Source: Kiritimatiellia bacterium
GTDB lineage: Bacteria > Verrucomicrobiota > Kiritimatiellia > RFP12 > UBA1067
NCBI GenBank assembly: GCA_050949565.1
Contig: JBMNFY010000006.1
Location: forward strand, 128,001-192,000
Length of the DNA stretch: 64,000 nt
Direction of reading: 5' to 3'
The notes below the pieces were generated by a model, which worked only from the letters and a program-made list of their open reading frames with translations, searched no databases and had not been told where the DNA came from. Shown here one piece after another: positions 42,001-49,600 of the stretch (positions are counted from its first letter, which is position 1; each line of letters begins with the position of its first letter). The position numbers and the translations under genes are program-made.

Positions 42001-42613
42001 GGGCGAAAGTGAGCGGTTCGAAGCGTTCGGTGAAGACCGCCAGACTGTTGAAGTAGATCACCCGATCCTCGGTGTTGTGTCCATTGGTGATGTCGATCGC
42101 CACGAGCGTGGCGCCGTTTGCGGCACGTGCGATTTGCTCTGGGACCAGTCGCCGGTGACAGAGGAACCACTCCTTGAAGTGTACGCGGGCCAACGGTACC
42201 GAAAGGCGCGCTCCGGCGCTGTCAGTGAAGCGTAGCGTGACCGATACCGGCGGCGTATCGGATCTAGGCGCATAGTTGTGATTGTTGCCGTAGATCCAAC
42301 AGGTCACAGCATCAAACGCACTGGTTATCGCCACCGGCGCGGGCGGTAACAGAGTGACGCGCGGATGGGGACCGGTCGCGCGGTAGGTGAGTTTGGCGAC
42401 ACCGTCTCCAAAGAGCAGAACTTCGTCCGAACGTTCGAAACGCGCGGCGGCATCCTGAGTCTCGACGCGCCAACCGTCGGCTCCAGTGAACGGGATCAGC
42501 GCCGGATGGTCATCCTGCAGACGTCCGGCCCGCACGCGTTCATATGGCGGCTCTCCGGCACCCTGCACACTCAACGCCACCGCACAACATACAATTCCGA
42601 ACCACTTTTTCAT
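39008..42613 (-). CDS. Large secreted putative glycoside hydrolase (TIM-barrel core, NPCBM-like C-terminus)
   Basis: Signal peptide; YGPYNNFTDF, YCDVHTA, YSEG; C-terminal GLFMHPP...VGKQDG..GDG domain. Confidence 0.6.
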   Translation of the reverse strand: MKKWFGIVCCAVALSVQGAGEPPYERVRAGRLQDDHPALIPFTGADGWRVETQDAAARFERSDEVLLFGDGVAKLTYRATGPHPRVTLLPPAPVAITSAFDAVTCWIYGNNHNYAPRSDTPPVSVTLRFTDSAGARLSVPLARVHFKEWFLCHRRLVPEQIARAANGATLVAIDITNGHNTEDRVIYFNSLAVFTERFEPLTFAPRPRRGVQVFPACDPGANIGSTTLPFPNTPLTVVPRDPVPSVARVGRNESGRYHLVREGKDGRLEFRLPAQLGAWDDMAVRWGDGAWANIGLEGGLYFAPTVPTGTLARAESETMTVTTDGKSVTYAGRLTQGGRSIEAEVRFQLFGKSLVMDIQAGQGEIGEVRFGATRGFVNPRLATLPYYTYGFTDGGMVRPAVVISGELDAPLFFMAHIDWTQSNASFPFAKNMRFDGALSSNGGTRYTPKTDGQRNPCFERFVMTLSPRFEDVLPNIPNPPSPWKSVTGTRVWRAHGAGNRANDATYWRNVHRWGMTEIVVTDHETGWRDGNESFTFRTDPAPKKGGDKGQYDYARIMQDELGFVYGPYNNFTDFAPVNGFWHIDLISRTPDNQLQHAWERCYAPKPARAVEFCERLAPIIQKKFGFSTAYCDVHTAVTPWSRVDYDPRVPGAGTFAAVFYAYGEIMLLQKAAWKGPVYSEGDNHFLYCGLTDGNYAQDQRYNIHENPWLVDFDLRCLHPLCCNFGMGNLDMFYPRKSAPSDPEVARDRFLAATVAFGHPGFLLHGREGELRSYYMVQALASRYTQVAADTIRYADADGALHETTAALANGAYMRSQVTTRYADGTVTVANGHPEARMKVTVADQSLDLPPNGYWGRSGDGTVRVFSGEVNGRRADLAVAPAYTYIDGRGHFTRFDEGAAAGVAICRALTNGMAEILMHKCTEAGFPYAFSDVVALDATNGVLGTADVRTARGLSFVQPVKGAFSYRARRGASAPTAALTCARACVKPGERVVIKGTAEHAVTIPADARPGARLWFEREGAWIDFTVENPPPPPAPAVKKGRPLPSLYARGMALRGQAERELDSTTGAEIYATSSTCGGVTKPRGLFMHPPYKGGTGYAFARYTLTLPTAPMQIRCAVGKQDGSDLGDGLLFKIAVEDTEGRRHEIAQCHVATHAWHTLEGSLAPWAGQTVSLLLITDVGDKNNSSGDWGAWAEMELTQIER

Positions 42614-42703
42614 CTCATTCCCCCATGTTTCGAAAACACTACTTAATCATGCGGAACAGTCTATGCGTTTCGGCATGCGCTTGGCAATAGTGTTTTGGTG
42701 TCT

Positions 42704-44420
42704 TTATACGCCGCAGGCGCTATCCCAGACCATACGTCCGCAAAAGTAGGTGCGCAGGACTGAGCATGACTCGATCTCGATCGGCGGCACGCTGCGCGGA
42801 TCACGGTCGAGCACGATGAAGTCGGCCGAAAGCCCCGGCAGCAAGGCACCGCATTCGTTTTCGCAGCGCATCAGAAAAGCACCGTGCCGCGTATAACTGG
42901 CCAGCATGCGCTCGACGCTGACGCGCTGTCCTTTGCCGAGCAGATAACGTTTACTATCGGCGCGGGTGATGTCGGCTACGCCGTACCATGCGGCAGCCGC
43001 CAGATTGCGCGTCACGCCGATTTCAATCGCGACCAGCGGATTCGGATGCACGGTGATCGGATGGTCCGAAGAGGAGGCGACAACCAAGCCTTCATCGAAC
43101 AGCCGCCGCAGCGGGTATTCGCGTGTCGCCCGGCGCACACCCAGCATCGTGGCATCGACGCGGTTCCACCACTGCGGTTCTTTCATGTGCCAGAAGGGCT
43201 GGACAGAAGCCACCACGCCGAGATGACGCATGCGGCGGATGTCCTGCGTCCGTACTATCTGGAGGTGGGTGATGACCGGTCGCGCGTCACGCCAGCGCGC
43301 GGCCCCAGCCTGTCGCAGCGCATTGAGGACGCGTCGCGTGGCGGCATCGCCAATCGCGTGTGTGAACGTCTGGAATCCGGCACGATGCGTCACGCGAAAC
43401 GCCGTCGCCAAATCACTCAGCCCCCACACCGCCGCATTGTTCGCGTCGCTTTCGCGGCCCGCCTTGGCGGCGTAAGGCGCACACAGAAAGGCGGTGCCCC
43501 CTTCAATCACGCCGTCGGCAAAAAACTTCGCGCTCGTGACTTTGAAAAGCGTGCCGTCACAGCGAGCCTTGGTTTCGCGTAGCGCGGCGATCTGCTCATC
43601 AATACTGTCTTCAGGGCCGATCTCCTGAGCGAAGCGGACCCGCATCAACAGATCGCCCTCACGTTCCATGCGATGAAAGGCTTCGGCGGATGCGCCCAGT
43701 CCCGCACCTTGGATGCTGACAATGCCGGTGATGCCGTAGCGGTGCATGCGGGTCTGATAGAGTTTCAAGGCGCGTATCGTCTGTTGCTCCGAATAGGTTT
43801 TTGGGCGGTATCAGTTTGGTGGCCTCTTCCTTGAGCGTACCCCACAACGCGCCGGTGTGCGGGTCGCGCTCGATCACGCCGCCGGCGGGGTCAGGCGTGC
43901 GCGGCGTGATGCCGTAACGGGCGAACGCCGCGCTGTTGAGCCAGAGCGCGTGGCCGTCATACGAGCGCAGGATGATCGCCCGATCCTCCGACAACGCATC
44001 AAGACGCGCCTTGCGTGGACCGTGGATCAGTTCTTTGTCGGTAAAGCCCGCGATGTCCCAGCCTGCACCGCGCACCTCATCGGCGTCGGGTTGTTCACGC
44101 ATAAAACGGCGCACGGCTTGCAGGCAGTCGTCCGGCGATTTGCAGGTGTAAAGCGAAACCTCGTACAGGTCCGCCAACGCCGTGCCGGGCGCGTGCGTGT
44201 GTGAGTCCAAGAATCCCGGCATTACAAATGCGCCGCGCAAATCCTCAATCTCGGTGTTCGGTCCAGCAAAACGCAACACCGCTTCTTTACTACCTGTCGC
44301 GAGTACGCGGCCATCCTTGACCGCCAATGCGGCAGCGGTTCGATTCTCCGCGTCACCGATCCACACGGTCGCACCGGTATAGATCCAGTCGGCGGTAACG
44401 GCTTGTTTGGCGGAACTCAC
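42704..44420 (-). pseudogene. Amidohydrolase_3 (YtcJ-like) split by one extra base in a 5-nt homopolymer
   Basis: N-half PGFLDSHTH, DGHALWLNS; C-half KFFADG, HAIGD, SSDHP, ADFIVLD. Removing one T at 43798-43802 gives PPKTYSEQQTIRALKLY. Confidence 0.88.
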
Positions 44421-44664
44421 GGTGCAACTCCTTTTTTCTCCTGCCCGGCAGACCAGAGCATGTTTGCAAATTACGAAGCGGACACATTAGCAAATCTGCG
44501 GAAACGAGGCTATTTCGATAAATTAAAGGGAGAAGGGGGGCGTAGTTTGACATTAGACATTCGAAAGTTGCGGAGCGCTTTCGCAGTGTGGTAATGTTGT
44601 GTTGCCATGGCAAGGCGACCGAGGCACCACCGGAAGGATGGCGGTTCGGCTGAAAACCAACGAG

Positions 44665-45183
44665 CCTTGTGTCCGGTATCCGGCTCGCTTTCGGCGGTTC
44701 GGGACGCCCCGCCGTACTGTGCTGCGCGCCGGTCATTCACCCGTCTCGCGGAGCGTCGGGAGGGACGAGCGTTGCTCGTCCGGGCGGCGTTTCACGCCGC
44801 CACACGGGCAAGATGCCCGTGCCACACAGCCCGGCATCGGCCTTGCGTCCGGTATCCGGCTCGCTTTCGGCGGTTCGGGACGCCCCGCCGTACTGTGCTG
44901 CGCGCCGGTCATTCACCCGTCTCGCGGAGCGTCGGGAGGGACGAGCGTTGCTCGTCCGGGCGGCGTTTTCACGCCGCCACACGGGCAAGATGCCCGTGCC
45001 ACACAGCTCGGCATCGGCCTTGCGTCCGGTATCCGGCTCGCTTTCGGTGGTTCGGGACGCCCCGCCGTACTTGTGCTGCGCGCCGGTCATTCACCCGTCT
45101 CGCGGAGCGTCGGGAGGGACGAGCGTTGCTCGTCCGGGCGGCGTTTTCACGCCGCCACACGGGCAAGATGCCCGTGCCACACA
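44665..45183. repeat. Three tandem copies of a ~177-bp composite palindromic unit (BIME-like)
   Basis: GTCCGGTATCC recurs at 44671, 44847 and 45024; each unit holds GGACGAGCgttGCTCGTCC, GGCGGCG-tttt-cacGCCGCC and CACGGGCAAGATGCCCGTG hairpins. Confidence 0.95.
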
Positions 45184-45298
45184 TGGTCGCTGCGACTTGC
45201 GGCCAGCCCTGCCCCCAAAAATCTGTGTCCATCTGTGGATAAAAAACCCGAGCACTGCCAAACAAACTAATGCACTAATGCACTAATTAACTCATGCA

Positions 45299-46636
45299 CT
45301 AATCGGGCTGGCCTGTCACGACGGTCAACCGGTACGGCGTATTGCCGACAGGTGTCAGGCGGGTGGCGAAGCCAGGCGTGGCCAGAAGCGTCAGTTGATC
45401 CGGCGTGTCGGGAATCCAGAGTGCTTCGCAGCCGGGCCGGTCGCGCAACAGTGCGACGCCGCGCTGCGGACCGAGAATAAACAGAGCGGTGGAAAGCGCG
45501 TCGGCGGTCATGGCGTCCGGCGCAATCACGGTGACGCCCGCCATGCCTGTGACGGGCTGGCCGGTGCGGCCGTCCATGATGTGGGCGTAGCGGAGTCCGT
45601 CAATCTCGACGAAGCGCTCGTAATTGCCGGATGTGGCGACCGCCTCGCCATCGTGCATGAGGAACTTGCCGACCAGCGCATTGGACTGAAAGGGATTACG
45701 CACACCGGTGCGCCAACCGCCGCGTTCCGGTGCGGCCTCGCCGAGTGCGCGCAGGTTACCGCCGAGGTCGATCAGCAGGTTGGTGTGTCCTGCGGCTTTG
45801 AGGCGCTCCCACGCCACGTCCACTGCGTAGCCCTTGGCAATCGCGCCTAAGTCGAGCTTCATGCCGGGGGTGGCAAGTCGGACAGTGGTCTGTGCGCCGG
45901 TCGCAAGATGGACGTCATGCCACCGTGTGCGGGTCAGCAGCGCGGCGAGGTCTTCGTCGGCGGGGCGTATGGGACGCGGCACGCCATTGAATCCCCAGGC
46001 CTGCATGACCGGCCCGATCAGGGGATTGAAGGCACCTTCGGTGTCGGCACAGTACGTCAGCGCGGTCTGCAATATGGTGGCGAAATTAGAGGAAACGGCC
46101 ACCGGCTGCGGGGTGCCCGCCGCCGCGTTGACGGCACTGAGCGTGCTGGCGGGATTCCAAGCCGAGAGTTCGTTGTCTAACGCTTGGAAGGTGCGTTGCG
46201 CGATGTCGCGCGCCTGCGGTGCGGCGGCGGTGTCCGCGCACTGCACAGCGGCGATGGTACCCATCGTCGGCCATTCGAGACGCAGCGGCACGGGGGGAGC
46301 AGGACGGCAAGCGGTGAACAGGAGCGCAAAGGAAAGTGAATAACGAATAACGAATAGTGAATAATGAGACACAGGGACACTTGGTTTCTGGTTTCTGGTT
46401 TCACGGCGGTGTAAACGCCGCCCCCAGAACCGGCAAGCGTCTGCTTGCCCGGCGGCGGCCACTCTTTCGCTTCGGGTCTTTGCGCCTTCGCGTGATAATC
46501 CAAAAAGCCTTTGTGTCCTTCGTGCCTTCGTGTGAATAAAGGCTGAGCAATGTATGAAACCAGAAACCAGAAACCAGAAACCAAATATCACGCGCTCGGC
46601 TCGCACGATCCCTGTTGCCAACCGGTTATTCTTCAT
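45299..46636 (-). CDS. apbE: FAD:protein FMN transferase lipoprotein (start uncertain: ATG 46636 or GTG 46372)
   Basis: Lipobox LFTAC, TMGT, DLGAIAKGY, ATSGNYER, HIMDGRTG, ADALST. Confidence 0.9.
   Translation of the reverse strand: MKNNRLATGIVRAERVIFGFWFLVSGFIHCSAFIHTKARRTQRLFGLSREGAKTRSERVAAAGQADACRFWGRRLHRRETRNQKPSVPVSHYSLFVIRYSLSFALLFTACRPAPPVPLRLEWPTMGTIAAVQCADTAAAPQARDIAQRTFQALDNELSAWNPASTLSAVNAAAGTPQPVAVSSNFATILQTALTYCADTEGAFNPLIGPVMQAWGFNGVPRPIRPADEDLAALLTRTRWHDVHLATGAQTTVRLATPGMKLDLGAIAKGYAVDVAWERLKAAGHTNLLIDLGGNLRALGEAAPERGGWRTGVRNPFQSNALVGKFLMHDGEAVATSGNYERFVEIDGLRYAHIMDGRTGQPVTGMAGVTVIAPDAMTADALSTALFILGPQRGVALLRDRPGCEALWIPDTPDQLTLLATPGFATRLTPVGNTPYRLTVVTGQPD
46335..46585. repeat. 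Repeat mosaic inside or upstream of the apbE 5' region
   Basis: (GAATAAC/GAATAGT)n, (GGTTTCT)n with inverted (AAACCAG)n, GGCAAGCGTCTGCTTGCC, CTTTGTGTCCTTCGTGCCTTCGTG. Confidence 0.8.
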
Positions 46637-49600
46637 GGTACACGAACCTTGATGCGGAAAAATGCGGTGGGCGCATCAGCCGGCAGATCGACGCTGAGCG
46701 GTGCGCCGGTGCCCGGCATGTCGATGCACTCCGGCAGGGGTTGCCATGCGGGCGGTTGCAACGTGGGTGAGGTTTCGACCGTGTAGAGGCGACCGGCCAC
46801 GCCGTTCCACACGAGCACGAGCGTGCCTTGCGGTGTGCGCGAGAACGAGACCGCAAGACGGTCGGTCGGGTCGGTGGCATCGGTGCCTGCGATCTCTTCA
46901 TCGGCGGAGGTCATACCGTCCGCGTCGATGTCGCCGTCGGCGTCGAGTACCAGCAAGAACGCTTCGAGCGGCTGGCTGCGGTTGCCGGCCGGATCGATCG
47001 CAACAACGCGGAAGAGGTGTTCGCGGTCGAGCGCGTTCGTGAGGCAGAGCGTCGCGGAGACTGTGGTGACTTCGGCAGTTGCAGCGGCGCAACTGAGCTG
47101 ATAGGTGAGGTTGGTGGCGGGATTGTCGACGGCGGCTGGCCAACTCACGGTCAGGTCATTGGTCGTGATCGCATAGGTGCCGATGGCGCTGAGCGGCGCG
47201 AACGCGAGTACGCCGGGTAGGAAGGATGGCGGCGCGTTGTCGACTGTGAACCATGCCGAGGTGAAGGCGGACTGGAAGTAGCCGTTGTCGGCGGTGACGC
47301 GCAACAGCGCCTGGGTTGTGACGGCGGGCGGCGGCAGGACATCGTGCGTGGGCCAAACTGCGGCGAGGGTGTTGGTGACGTTGACGCGGTTGGTGGCGGT
47401 CGGCAGGCCGGGCACGGCATCGTCGGGAACGAAGGGCAGGGGAGCGCCGAAGTCGGCGGTCAGATTGGTGAGCGCGGCGGTTTGCCAGTGCGCGCCGCCG
47501 TCGGCTGACCATTGGAAGGCGAGGCTGACCGGCTCGCCGTCGTCATCGGCGACATTCGCGGCGAGGTACACAAGGCCGTCACCGTCGGTAGACTGCGCGG
47601 CGGTGAAGGCGGTCAGGCGCGGGAAGTCGCGGATGGCGAGTTGCCAGTCGAAAAATGCGTGCGGCGTGACGGGGTCGTTGGAATCGATGAACACTCTGAT
47701 GGTATCGTCGCGTAGCGTCATGCCGGCGGGGAAGGTGCCCCAGTTGATGCGCGCGAGATAACCGCCAGAGGTGGAGTAGGGGGTGTTGATGGCGACATCG
47801 GGCGCGAAGGCGGGATGCGCGAGCAGCGGCGTGAGCGTGATATCGTCGATGTACCAGCCTTCGCGGTCGGTGTTGTTGTCGCCGCCGTAGTGGAAGCGGA
47901 AGAGGAGCGTGCGCCCGGCGAAGCCGTTCTGTTCGGGGTAGAGGGCGGCGAGGTCGAAGGTGGCGGTACGCCAGCCCTCGGTGCCGTTGCCGGCGAAGCA
48001 GGGTGTGCCGTCGGGCCAGGGCGAGCAGGCCCAGCCGTAGATCGTGTGGGTGTAGGTGCCGCGGAGCTGTTCGAAGGTTGTACCGCCGTCGGCGGAGATT
48101 TCGACGATGCCGCCATCGAAGGTGCGCGTCGAGTGGCGGGATTCGACTTCGGAGTGGATCCAGTAGTTGAATGAAAAGCGGGCGTTGGCACCGATCAGAG
48201 AAGGCGGCAGGGTGATGGTGGCGCGTTCGGGCGTGTTGGGCAGGCGGCGCGAGACCAAGACGGCGTGGAGCGCGTAGGGCGGCGAGACGGAGCGGTTGGT
48301 GGAGACCTGCCAAGCTTGGCCGAGCGAACGCCAGTCCCAATGGAGCAGGTTGGTGGTTGTGATGGATTCGTCGCGCGCGAAGCGCAACGACCATTCGAGG
48401 GGCGCGTTACCGGTGTTGTGGAGATTCATGGCGGCGGAGAAGGGGGCTTGCGTGGGCAGCGCGACGTGCGCGATGTCATGGAAGCGCGAGGTGTCCGCCA
48501 CGGGATGGTAGACGAAAAAGAAGAAGGTTTCAGTTACGCTGACGCGGCCATCGGGATCGACTGCGGTGATGCGGTATTCAACATCGTCGCCCGGCGTCGA
48601 GGGGTCGAGGATCGCGGCGGTGAAGAGGTCGTTGGAAAGTGGAGTCATGACAGTGGTTTGCCAAGGGTCGGTGCGGCGACGCCATTCGACTGCGGCGGTG
48701 ACGGCGTGGGTGTCGGTGATGAGCGCCGTGATGGTAAAGGGGCCGGGACGCGTCTGGAACTCATCAAGCGGTTCGTGCGTGATGACGGGCGGGGCCGGGA
48801 CGGAGGCGGCGTCGAGCGGGTTGGTTCGGTCGGCGAACTCTTCGGCGTTGGTGAAGCCGTCGAGGTCGTCGTCAGCGGCGGAGTCGAGTCCGTTGGTGCC
48901 GGTGTACCGGATCTCCCACCAATCGGCGAGTCCGTTGTCGTCAGCGTCGAGGTCGGCAGGCAGGTAGATCGCCTCGAGGGTGTGCGGGGTGTCCATGGAG
49001 AGCGTGCCATAAGCAGGTGCGCAGGCAGCGGGTGCGGAGGGCGAGCGTGCGCCGTCAAGGCGCCACTCGGTGAAGACGTGGGGCACGGGGTCGTTGGTGA
49101 GCGTGGCGGGGGCTGGGGGGACGGCGAGGGGCTGGCCTTCAGCACCCCAAAGATGCTGGGCGGGGAAGGCCGGGTGCGCGGAAGTGAGCGTGAGGCGGTG
49201 TTGGCGTTGCCAGAGCCAGACCAGCATGGAGTGCGTGGCGACGGGGAACGACACGGTTAGGTTCGTGCCGCTTTGCGGGGTGCTACCGGTGCCAAAAAAA
49301 CCGGTGGCAGCGTAGCGTGTTGAATCAGTGACCGGCACCAACGGCGGCGCGGTGGCGGTGGCGACGAGACCAGAGGCGAAGTAGGTGGTGCCGTAGTCAG
49401 GCGCAACGGGGCCGATATCGAAAGGCGAGCCGCAGACTTCCAGATTGAGGCGGTCGGTGACGTGAAAACTTGCGTTGTCAGCATCGGCGGGCCAGCCGCC
49501 CTCGTAGCCGGCGTGGTTCGCGGCCGTGAGGCGGTAGGTGACGCGCGTGCGGGCAGGTTGCGGGGCGATTGCGCCTTCAAAGAGATTGCCGGAGAGCTGC

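Noticed and set aside
44665-45183. Possible CRISPR array
   Set aside because: Whole ~177-bp units repeat, with no unique spacers and no cas genes in the window.
44599-45286. ORFs of 205-223 aa in all three plus frames over the triplicated repeat
   Set aside because: Translations of GC-rich palindromic repeats, with no protein-like features or RBS.
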